A stretch of 64,000 bases of DNA, taken from positions 960,001 to 1,024,000 of the forward strand of contig CAXXWC010000021.1 of assembly GCA_963668645.2 (NCBI GenBank), given 5' to 3'. The notes under the pieces were generated by a model, which made no database searches, was not told the DNA's origin, and worked only from the letters and a program-made list of their open reading frames with translations. Every line of letters begins with the position of its first letter. The stretch's first letter is position 1. Below are positions 17,724-27,541 of the stretch, one piece after another. The DNA is from Desulfobacterales bacterium (GTDB lineage: Bacteria; Desulfobacterota; Desulfobacteria; Desulfobacterales; UBA2174). The position numbers and the translations under genes are program-made.

Positions 17724-18893
17724 TCATTCCACCGCCCCCAGGTGCTGCTGCAGCCTGCTGTAAACCTCATGCAGCGGCAGGTCTCGTTCCCGGGCGATAC
17801 GCCGGCACTCCTCGTATTCGGGCACGCGACGCACTATACCCCGGGCTCCACAGATCCGTTTGACTTGGACCGGGCCGAAAGGGGTGTCACAGACTTCCTT
17901 GCGGCGCGCCAGAACCCGGCGCTGTACCAGGGTGTGGCGCACGCCCAGGCTGGTGGTTTCATCAAGAATCCGGGATATGAAAGCCTCCCGCTCGTGTGAA
18001 CGGCAAACCACCTGGATCTGGGTGCCGGGCCGATTTTTTTTCATCTGCACCGGAATCCAGCACACGTCCAGGGCTCCATCGGCAAAGAGCTGTTCCATCA
18101 GGAAGCCGAAAATTTCTGGATTCATGTCATCGATGGTCGCCTCGACGACGGCCACCGTTTCATCGTGCATAAGATCCGTGGGGCTGCCGGTCACGACACG
18201 CAGCAGATTGGGACGATCCTCGAGTTCACGCATCCCGGCCCCATAACCGATCCTGGCCACCTGCATGGCCGGCAGCGGCCCGAAGCCTTCTGCCAGACCG
18301 GCAATCAACGCCGCACCGGTGGGAGTCACCAGTTCGGCCTCCACCGGAACCCCGTAAACCGGAATCCCTTTTAGGATCTCGAGCGTCGCCGGGGCCGGCA
18401 GCGGCAATGCACCGTGGGCGCATTTGACCATCCCTCGCCCCTGGGGTAAAGCGGAGGCCTGAATTTTTCCAATCTCCAGTCGTTCTAACGCCAGACAGGT
18501 GCCAACGATGTCCACCAGGGCGTCGATGCCGCCGACTTCGTGAAAGTGCACCGATTCCGGCGCCACGGAGTGGATCTGCGATTCAGCCCTGGCGATAAGC
18601 TGGAAAACGGCCAGGCTTCTTCGACGAACAGCTTCGGAATAAGGACTGGCCTCGATCATGGCGCGAATCTGCGCCCAGTTGCGATGCACGTGGCCTTCGT
18701 CGGTAATGACTTCGATCCGGGTCGCCTGAATACCGTGGCGGTGCAATACCCCCTTTTGCAGCCGGAAGCCGTGAAGCGGCATCCGCATCAATTCGGCTTC
18801 CAGCCAATCCGGATCAAGCCCCAAGTGGACCAGAGCCCCTAATGTCATATCGCCGCTGATTCCGGCGAAACAGTCAAAATATGCCAGCATCAA
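17724..18893 (-). CDS. larC: Nickel pincer cofactor biosynthesis protein LarC
   Basis: DCFAGISGDM, VHFHEVG, CAHG, MKKNRPG, PEYEEC. Confidence 0.92.
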   Translation of the reverse strand: MMLAYFDCFAGISGDMTLGALVHLGLDPDWLEAELMRMPLHGFRLQKGVLHRHGIQATRIEVITDEGHVHRNWAQIRAMIEASPYSEAVRRRSLAVFQLIARAESQIHSVAPESVHFHEVGGIDALVDIVGTCLALERLEIGKIQASALPQGRGMVKCAHGALPLPAPATLEILKGIPVYGVPVEAELVTPTGAALIAGLAEGFGPLPAMQVARIGYGAGMRELEDRPNLLRVVTGSPTDLMHDETVAVVEATIDDMNPEIFGFLMEQLFADGALDVCWIPVQMKKNRPGTQIQVVCRSHEREAFISRILDETTSLGVRHTLVQRRVLARRKEVCDTPFGPVQVKRICGARGIVRRVPEYEECRRIARERDLPLHEVYSRLQQHLGAVE

Positions 18894-19163
18894 ACAATCC
18901 TATCCTCTTGCTAAAATCTTCCGGTCGGGCCTGGTGTCCAGCAGGTCAATGATCTTCGCAGGAGCGGAATATGCTCCCCTGCCCCCTGGCGCAACGTCCC
19001 GATCCGAAACCGGGTGACATGGCTCCCCCGATGAGAACCGGCCATTGCTTTTCAAGGTACCCCAAACCGTCTCGCAACGCTACCGGGAAAACAGCCCCAC
19101 CATGCAAACAACCGGGCCCATCTGGCGGCATCCAGCAAACACAGAGGGGAGAAAGAAAGCCAG

Positions 19164-19191
19164 TTGACAAAAACAGCGAAAAATCTATGAT
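19164..19191 (+). promoter_or_regulatory. Sigma70 promoter of selC
   Basis: TTGACA-N16-TATGAT about 20 nt upstream of the tRNA. Confidence 0.65.
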
Positions 19192-19211
19192 GAGGCTCGT
19201 TTGTTGTTTGC

Positions 19212-19309
19212 GGAAGTGCGCAGCTCACTGGTGGGGCTCCCGGACTTCAAATCCGGTGTGGGGCGCTAAAACCGTCCCGGGTGGGTTCGATTCCCATGCA
19301 CTTCCGCCA
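19212..19309 (+). tRNA. selC: tRNA-Sec (UCA)
   Basis: 8-bp acceptor GGAAGTGC/GCACTTCC, anticodon arm CCGGA-CTTCAAA-TCCGG, long variable arm, GCCA end. Confidence 0.95.
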
Positions 19310-20074
19310 CACTCAAATTCCTTTAACATACTTATTTAACGTGGTATTTAAAATTTTTAAAATTACCAGCCCGGCATTGTCACTCGGACAGCTCTTTCAT
19401 AATTTTCTGCGTCTTTCGACAATATCTGGCATTGATGATGCCCCGATCCGGCCTTCCCCCCGTGCCTCCTGTAAAAATCGGTATGCCACTTCAACTATCC
19501 AATGAAAAGGCACACCGAAAGGTGCGGGCCACCTCTTCGCAGCTCTCTTTCCTTTCGGCCGGTGCAAGGGTCAATTTCTTGTCTTTGGCCGTGGTGGAAG
19601 CGATTATTTATTGAGGCTTGCACCAGTCAACCACTGTTTCATTGATACGGCTGACGGCATTCAAGTCGAAATTCCATGCTTGGCCTTCAAGCTTCCCGAC
19701 GGTCCAACTCCTGGCGTTGCCGGTAATGTCCGGCAGACCGAATATGCATTACGCGCCCCGGCCGGGCAGCGATTTACACTTGGCCCGCGCGCAAAATTCG
19801 GTGCCTGCCGGCATTCACGCACACACCAGGATCGCGCAAGGACCTGCTGGCGTCGAAAGATCGATGATTCGCCGGAAAATAAGCATCCGGAAAGCGCCGG
19901 CCCTCTGGTCAGAACGGACATGGACCGATTTACACTCATCGCCGCCAAAGGTCAGATTGGCCGAAATCGCACCAAAAATCACAAATTCAGACAAATCCTT
20001 GCCAGAACACTTTCAAGTTGCAGAAAAATATGTCAGACTGGGCCGAGAATAAAAAATGAACGGAGGTCATTTTC

Positions 20075-20659
20075 ATGGCGATCGTAAGCGAAAAATTCGA
20101 AACGATTACTGCCACAGCAAAACGGTTGTTCGCCGAAAGGGACTACGAAGGCATTACCACCCTCGAAATCTCAAAGGGTGCGAAGGTCACAGAGCCGCTC
20201 ATATACTACCATTTTTCAGGCAAACCGGATCTTTATGCCCATATTGTGCGGACCACCCATGACCTTTACCAGGACATGCTGAGAAAAATACCCAAATCGG
20301 GAAAGCCCAAATACCGGCTGAATGCACTGGTCGGGGCCCACTGTCAATTTTTAAAGGATTATCCCCATGAAGCGGCGCTGGTTTTCAGACCGGTTCCCCA
20401 CCGCCTCGAATCCGGCCGTGCCGATCTTGAAAAGTTGGTCGCCGGTGCACGCGAGGATCTGAAAAACCTGCTTGTCACCTATCTCCAGGGAGGAATCGCC
20501 GAAGGAACCTTTGCAGACGTGAATGTGCCCCTGACCGCCGACCTTCTCGCGCTGATGTTGTTCCGCCTTTTCGAGTCGGCGCTGGACAAGAGCGTCAAGA
20601 TAAACGGAAGCGCGCTGAAAGCCTTTTTTCGACGGGGGCTGGAAGGTTGTGCCGACTGA
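20075..20659 (+). CDS. TetR/AcrR family regulator
   Basis: AKRLFAERDYEGITTLEISKGAKVTEPLIYYHFSGK HTH; GGAGG RBS. Confidence 0.9.
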   Translation: MAIVSEKFETITATAKRLFAERDYEGITTLEISKGAKVTEPLIYYHFSGKPDLYAHIVRTTHDLYQDMLRKIPKSGKPKYRLNALVGAHCQFLKDYPHEAALVFRPVPHRLESGRADLEKLVAGAREDLKNLLVTYLQGGIAEGTFADVNVPLTADLLALMLFRLFESALDKSVKINGSALKAFFRRGLEGCAD

Positions 20660-20991
20660 AATGGGTACCTGACCAGGCCAGGGGCTGATCGCATACAACC
20701 ACAATCACCACGCGTGAAGACCCGGCATAAACGGCCGATATCCCTTTCGGAAACGACTTCTCCGGTCTGGAGCATCCGGTGCCACGGCATCCTGTTCCAT
20801 CCCTGGGCAATCCGGATTTTGGACTTTTATTTTTTCAGTCCCGTCTCTTTAAACGGCTGTATAATCCGGGCCGGTGGGTATGGGGTGCCCTTTACAAGGG
20901 TTGATGGGACCATGCCGTAAAGCTCAGGAGCTTACCTGCTTCCGGGCCATGGCAGAAAACAGAACGCACCGATCTGATTGAGCCAGAATAT

Positions 20992-21027
20992 AAAAAAGGG
21001 GTTGGCCACCAGTGGCCGAACCCCTTT
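20992..21027 (-). terminator. Terminator of tRNA-Arg
   Basis: AAAGGGGTT-GGCCAC/GTGGCC-AACCCCTTT hairpin with a T-run on the minus strand. Confidence 0.7.
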
Positions 21028-21034
21028 ATTTTTC

Positions 21035-21111
21035 TGGCGCGCCCGGCAAGATTCGAACTTGCGACCTACGGATTCGTAGTCCGGCACTCTATCCAACTGA
21101 GCTACGGGCGC
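21035..21111 (-). tRNA. tRNA-Arg (ACG)
   Basis: GCGCCCGTAGCTCAGTTGGATAGAG...CTACGAA...GTTCGAATC...GCCA cloverleaf. Confidence 0.95.
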
Positions 21112-21211
21112 CTACCGTCGCAACGGTGGGTGACGATATAGGCCAAACGCTCAGGCTTGTCAACGGTTAGTTCAGCTTGATCTTGGCGCCGATTGGCAAT
21201 ATGAGAAGTTG

Positions 21212-21667
21212 ATGCAAAACGACGATCTTCATTACATGCAGTTGGCTCTATCGGCCGCCGAAAAGGCTGGACAGCGCGGTGAAGTTCCGATAGGAGCAGT
21301 ACTTGTCGCCGAATCGGGTGAATTGTTGGCTGTTTGCGGAAACCGCACCATCGAGTTGGCAGACCCTTCGGCGCATGCCGAAATGCTGGCCCTGCGCGAA
21401 GGCGCTCAGCGAGTCGGCAACTATAGAGTGGTTGGAACCACCTTGTATGCGACCATCGAGCCCTGCATCATGTGTATGGGAGCGGCGGTGCACGCCCGCA
21501 TCGACCGTCTGGTATTCGGTGCTCCAGACCCCAGGTGGGGGGCCGCCGGTTCGATGTACAACTTTTGCAATAACAGCCGTCTCAATCACTGCATCAAAAC
21601 CACCGGCGGCATTTTGGAAGATGCCTGCCGAACCATGATACAAAATTTTTTCCGCAGGCGGCGCTGA
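21212..21667 (+). CDS. tadA: tRNA adenosine(34) deaminase
   Basis: EVPIGAV, HAE, EPCIMC, C-terminal FFRRRR. Confidence 0.93.
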   Translation: MQNDDLHYMQLALSAAEKAGQRGEVPIGAVLVAESGELLAVCGNRTIELADPSAHAEMLALREGAQRVGNYRVVGTTLYATIEPCIMCMGAAVHARIDRLVFGAPDPRWGAAGSMYNFCNNSRLNHCIKTTGGILEDACRTMIQNFFRRRR

Positions 21668-21742
21668 ACTGCGGCCGGTGCCACGGCACCTTGACAGCTT
21701 TTCATACAAGGACAGATCTTTTTCTAAACATTAAGGAGCTGA

Positions 21743-23035
<1,293 letters not shown>

Positions 23036-23086
23036 TTTGCTGTTGACATCCGTGGCGCCTTGACTTAAAGGGTATTTTTTATTTGT

Positions 23087-23163
23087 CGGGAAGTGGCTCA
23101 GCCTGGTAGAGCACAGCGTTCGGGACGCTGGGGTCGCTGGTTCAAATCCAGTCTTCCCGACCA
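23087..23163 (+). tRNA. tRNA-Pro (CGG)
   Basis: CGGGAAGTGGCTCAGCCTGGTAGAGCA-CAGCG-TTCGGGA-CGCTG...GTTCAAATC...ACCA. Confidence 0.95.
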
Positions 23164-23173
23164 TAATAAAAAC

Positions 23174-23204
23174 AAAGGGTTAGGCAATTGCCTAACCCTT
23201 TTTT
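23174..23204 (+). terminator. Terminator after tRNA-Pro
   Basis: AAAGGGTTAGGCAA/TTGCCTAACCCTTT palindrome plus T-run. Confidence 0.8.
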
Positions 23205-23373
23205 AACTTTACTGGAAGCAGGCAACGACGAATCGCGGTTTCAAGGCTGCACCAGCGGCCATATGCTCGGCATGCAGGCCGCCGGTAGTGTCACTTATTT
23301 TTCCGGTCTGCACCTTTGTATTATCCGCACACAACACGGACGCGACATCGTGCAGACCTCGTTCGCCTTTTGG

Positions 23374-25032
23374 CTAGTATGGTTTTGCGTTGGTCAGGGC
23401 GTCTCCCACGTAAAGCATGTATTGGAATGGCAGCCGGCCCTCACCTTTTTCTTCCATGATCTGTCCCAGTGTTGAACGCACCACCTGCTCTTTATCGGCG
23501 TAGCCTGCCATAATCACTATCCCCACTGGCGTTTGCAGCGGATAGTACTCTTGCAGCGCGTCGATGAACTTTTCAAATTCCGTACGCATGGTGAACAGCA
23601 CCATTGTGGCCTTTTCCCTGGCCATCTCCTCCACGGACCAGCCCGATGCCAGAAGCACCGAATGGGAGGTCTTGCCCTCGGTCACTCCCGCGCCCAGGGC
23701 GGCGTTGGCCGCATTGAAGCAGCTCATGCCCGGCACCACTTCGGTGTCGATGTCCTTAAATTCGTCCAGACTCCAGTTGCAGGGGCCATAAACCATGGGG
23801 TCGCCGCTGTCCAGCATGGCCACGATCTTGCCCTCGGCCACGGCCCGGCGCACGATGCCGGCGAACTCGGCCTGTTTCTGGTGATATTCCTCGCAGTTCA
23901 TGCGCTCGCGGCGTTCCTGGGCCGGCTGCTCGCCAGGTTTGGGGCAGGGCTTACCGTAGTGGGGAAAAAGCCGATGATAACCGTCGATGACATCTTTTCC
24001 TGCCAGCTCTTTGCTGAAGGTCTCTTTTATCCTGCGGTGGGCAAAAATCACGTCGGCCTTTTTGATGACTTCAAGGCCCCGCAGAGTGATCAGATCCGGA
24101 TCCCCTGGGCCCAGGCCCACAAGATAATACTTCCCTTTGCTCTTGGCCTCCCTGGACGGTGTATAGGCCGAGGCGCCAAGGGCGCGGCCCACATAGACCA
24201 GGGAGCGCCCGATGTCCACATCGGCCAGTTTTTCTTTGATATCGGTGATGGTCCCCAGCACAACCCTCTCTTTGGCGGGGTTTCCGGCATCCGACACCAC
24301 GCCCACCGGCATGTCAGCAGGGTAGACTTTGGCCAAACGGGCCAGAAGGCTATCCATCTTTCGGGGCATAAAGATGACCATGGTGGCTTTTTCGTGCCGG
24401 GCCAGGTTCTCCAGGGAGTCGGCATCGGCCCCTTTGTCGAACGGTGCCGTGATCATCACCTCCCCCAGGCCCGCCTTGAGGGCAGCGTTGGCCGCGTTAA
24501 AAGCACTGAGCCCAGGGACCACCTTGGCGTTGATATCCTGCAGGGTCAATACGCTCCAGATGCCGGGGCTGTATATGGTGGGATCACCGCCGATGGTCAT
24601 GACCACCTTTTTGCCCTGGGCCACAAATTGGCGCACCATGCCGGCAAACTCAGCTTGCAAATGATGGAATTCCTCGCAAGTTTTTCCCCAGCGGGTCTTG
24701 CGCGCGCCGTGGTCTTCAGGACACGGCTTGTTGTAAAAGGGGAAAATCAGATTGTATCCGTCGATGACCTGCTTTTCGCTGAAATCGACCTTTGGCTCCA
24801 GCATGGCCTTGGTTTCAGGCCGGCAAAACACCACGTCCGCCTCCTGGATGGCCTTTAGTTGCCGCGGCGTCATCAGGTCTAGACCCGCCGGTCCAAGTCC
24901 TACAAGCGTGTACCCCCCCCTGCCCGGATTATGCGTCTCGACCGCTTGGGCAGCAGCCAGTCCCGGCAGGGCCGCAACGATGGCCAGGATCCAAATGATT
25001 AAAGCCGACTTGATCTGTGCTTGGATTTTCAT
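23374..25032 (-). CDS. Tandem tetrapyrrole (class III, CbiF/CobM-like) methyltransferase-fold protein with predicted signal peptide
   Basis: Two repeats of LVGLGP..DL.T, GDP..Y and VVPG.S.FNAANAAL; N-terminal hydrophobic stretch ending AAAQA. Confidence 0.85.
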   Translation of the reverse strand: MKIQAQIKSALIIWILAIVAALPGLAAAQAVETHNPGRGGYTLVGLGPAGLDLMTPRQLKAIQEADVVFCRPETKAMLEPKVDFSEKQVIDGYNLIFPFYNKPCPEDHGARKTRWGKTCEEFHHLQAEFAGMVRQFVAQGKKVVMTIGGDPTIYSPGIWSVLTLQDINAKVVPGLSAFNAANAALKAGLGEVMITAPFDKGADADSLENLARHEKATMVIFMPRKMDSLLARLAKVYPADMPVGVVSDAGNPAKERVVLGTITDIKEKLADVDIGRSLVYVGRALGASAYTPSREAKSKGKYYLVGLGPGDPDLITLRGLEVIKKADVIFAHRRIKETFSKELAGKDVIDGYHRLFPHYGKPCPKPGEQPAQERRERMNCEEYHQKQAEFAGIVRRAVAEGKIVAMLDSGDPMVYGPCNWSLDEFKDIDTEVVPGMSCFNAANAALGAGVTEGKTSHSVLLASGWSVEEMAREKATMVLFTMRTEFEKFIDALQEYYPLQTPVGIVIMAGYADKEQVVRSTLGQIMEEKGEGRLPFQYMLYVGDALTNAKPY

Positions 25033-25215
25033 TTTTCCACCTTTTGATTGCGCGTTTATCCCTATTGAGGCCGAATCCGGATCCGCCCCGCGGTCCTAAA
25101 AACAATGATATTATTGTAAATACAAACACACCCGGCCGGCAGATAGGTGTGTGTTCCGTTACAGCATTTCTCCGTGTTCCTCCTTTTTTGCGATCGGTTA
25201 ACGCCCCATGGCATC

Positions 25216-25274
25216 AAAAAAAACGGCCATGCAGACCAGGCCCCTTACCGGGGCGCGGACCTTCATGGCCGTTT
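25216..25274 (-). terminator. Leader terminator (riboswitch expression platform)
   Basis: AAACGGCCATG...CATGGCCGTTT stem running into a T-tract on the minus strand, between aptamer and CDS. Confidence 0.65.
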
Positions 25275-25337
25275 CACCTGATTTTTTGTCGATAAGACCT
25301 GAACACCGTGCCTTTAGGTTTGCTTAATAGCAAACAA

Positions 25338-25515
25338 CAAGGCGGATCTCCTGACTCCTGGGCATCCTCCTGCTCGGCTCCCTTTGCACCACCCTGAAGC
25401 TACAGCGGCCTTCTTTCCCGATTCCAGTGGCGGGGGAACAACGGCTTCTTACCGTCTTCTTTCAACCTGTGCCCTTGGCAATCCTTTAGTGTCTTTTAGC
25501 ATATTTTTAGGAACC
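25338..25515 (-). ncRNA. Cobalamin riboswitch (divergent; 5' boundary approximate)
   Basis: Minus strand CCCCCGCCACTG and GAGTCAGGAGATCCGCC B12-box-like motifs upstream of a corrinoid-methylase-fold gene. Confidence 0.7.
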
Positions 25516-25652
25516 ATTATCCAGTTTCCTGTGGAATGTCAAGCTGAATCGACCGCATCGGGGGCAAATCTCTGGTCCTGCTTTCCTCCATATCCCGTTT
25601 AGAAAAATGGCATTCAAAATTGACTTCTGCACACCGAAAATGTTTATAGCTT

Positions 25653-27323
25653 GTGTCCATCCGCGGCCGTAACTATCCGGCCGGCATAAAAAAAGCGCAT
25701 TTTGTGCTGGAGTTTCGAGGCTGAGTGTAGTATAAACGATGTCGCCAAACAACCGTAAATACTAACAAAGCCGAGAAAAGGACCAACACAAAATGCGCGA
25801 AAAATGGCAACGCCAAATGCCCCTGATGCCCGAGATCGCCAGCCACATCCAAGCCCAAGAGCTCGAAGCCATCTCCGGCATCCTGGACAGCAAACCTATC
25901 ATCACCGAGTTCGTGCTGCAAGATCTTTGCAAGCGGCGCCGTGTTGTCAGCCGTGCCGGGGCAAAAGGCATGAGCGCCGAGCAGGTGCTGCGAGCGGCCG
26001 TGGTGATGAGGCTCCACGAGTTGACCTACCAGGACCTGGCTTTTCATCTGGTCGACAGCCAGAGTATCCGGCGTTTTTGCCGTATCGGCATTGCCGACAA
26101 GGGGTTCAAAAAGTCGGTGCTCAACAAAAACATCAAGGCCCTGTCGGATCAGACCTGGGAGGCGATCAACCTTGAAGTGCTCGGTTATGCCAAACAAAAC
26201 AAGATCGAAAAAGGCCGTGTGGCACGTATCGATTGTACGGTTGTCGAAAGCAATATCCACGCGCCCAGTGATTCGAGCCTGCTGTATGATTGTGTCCGGG
26301 TGCTGAGCCGGTTGCAGCAAAGGGTCCGGGATCTTGGCCTGGGCCGATTTGGATACCACGATCACCGCCGGGTGGCCAAACGGCGCATGGTCAAAATTCA
26401 GTACGCCCGCAGCAAAAATGAACGTCGTGGGGCCTATGTCGATCTTCTCAAGTACACGGCAAAGTCGTTGGCTTCGGCCCGGCGCGCTATCGAACGGCTC
26501 AAGACGGTCGGTGCTGACAACCTGACCGCGCTGGGCCTGTTTTTTGAATTGGAACGCTACGTTGCACTGACTGAAAAGGTCATCGCGCAGACCCAGCGCC
26601 GCGTCATCAAAGGAGAGAAGGTTCCGGCCTCGGAAAAGCTCGTGTCGATTTTCGAGGAGCATACCGACATCATCGTCAAGGACCGGCGCGACACATTTTT
26701 CGGTCACAAGATATGTCTGACCGGAGGCCGTTCGAACCTGATTCTCGATTGTCAGATCGTGGAAGGCAACCCGGCCGATGTGACCTTGACCCAGACGATG
26801 CTCGATCGGCAAGAAAAGATTTACGGGCGCTGCCCGCTCAAAGTTGCACTGGACGGAGGGTTTGCTTCCAAGGCGAATTTGAAGGCCGCCAAGGACAAGG
26901 GAATCAAAGACGTCTGTTTTGCCAAAAAGCGCGGCCTGGACCCGGAGAAGATGTGCCGCAGCCCGTATGTGTACAGGCGCCTTCGTCGCTTCCGGGCCGG
27001 CATCGAGGCGGGCATATCCTGGCTCAAGCGCAGCCTGGGGCTGGATCGGTGCACTTGGAAAGGATGGCGATCGTTCCAGAGTTATGTTTGGGCGTCGATC
27101 GTTTCGGCCAACCTGCTTACGATTGCCCGCAAACAGTTGGCCTGACGGTACGGCACCCGTTCGACACGTAAAGCCAACAGGTGAGGTGTTCCCGGATTTT
27201 AGGGTGAATAGTAACATTTACTGTTAAGGGCTTGTTTTTTGCTAAATTCTTTCGAGATTATTCGCCTGCCGCCTCTTTGCAGGGTCCTCGGGCGGCTGAT
27301 TTTGGCGATTTATGGACGGAAAC
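25653..27323 (+). mobile_element. Insertion sequence copy 2 (1671 bp)
   Basis: Near-identical to copy 1; TAGCTT direct repeats at 25647-25652 and 27324-27329. Confidence 0.92.
25793..27145 (+). CDS. DDE transposase, 450 aa
   Basis: Differs from copy 1 at DRCTWK vs DRCIWK; no other protein difference noticed. Confidence 0.93.
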   Translation: MREKWQRQMPLMPEIASHIQAQELEAISGILDSKPIITEFVLQDLCKRRRVVSRAGAKGMSAEQVLRAAVVMRLHELTYQDLAFHLVDSQSIRRFCRIGIADKGFKKSVLNKNIKALSDQTWEAINLEVLGYAKQNKIEKGRVARIDCTVVESNIHAPSDSSLLYDCVRVLSRLQQRVRDLGLGRFGYHDHRRVAKRRMVKIQYARSKNERRGAYVDLLKYTAKSLASARRAIERLKTVGADNLTALGLFFELERYVALTEKVIAQTQRRVIKGEKVPASEKLVSIFEEHTDIIVKDRRDTFFGHKICLTGGRSNLILDCQIVEGNPADVTLTQTMLDRQEKIYGRCPLKVALDGGFASKANLKAAKDKGIKDVCFAKKRGLDPEKMCRSPYVYRRLRRFRAGIEAGISWLKRSLGLDRCTWKGWRSFQSYVWASIVSANLLTIARKQLA

Positions 27324-27541
27324 TAGCTTTTAAATCCAAGACAGCCTCGGCCGTCTGAACGCCATCACCTTGCCATGGAAGCTTACATGGGGTAAAATTG
27401 CTCTACCTTTAATAGCGCGAATGCCCTTGAAATGTTTATAGCCATAAAATATTGAATATTAATCTCGGCATTACGCAAACTGTCCGGAACATATTGAAGC
27501 CTAGTAGTGGAATATTGCGCTGATTTCCAGGAGAATCTGAA

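Noticed and set aside
19661..19685. Possible selC 3' duplication (attR)
   Set aside because: TCGAAATTCCATGC only weakly resembles TCGATTCCCATGC; too short and mismatched
20875..20955. Second cobalamin riboswitch-like start (GGTGCCC...GGGTTGATGGGA)
   Set aside because: No GCCACTG or B12 box follows and there is no downstream gene on that strand
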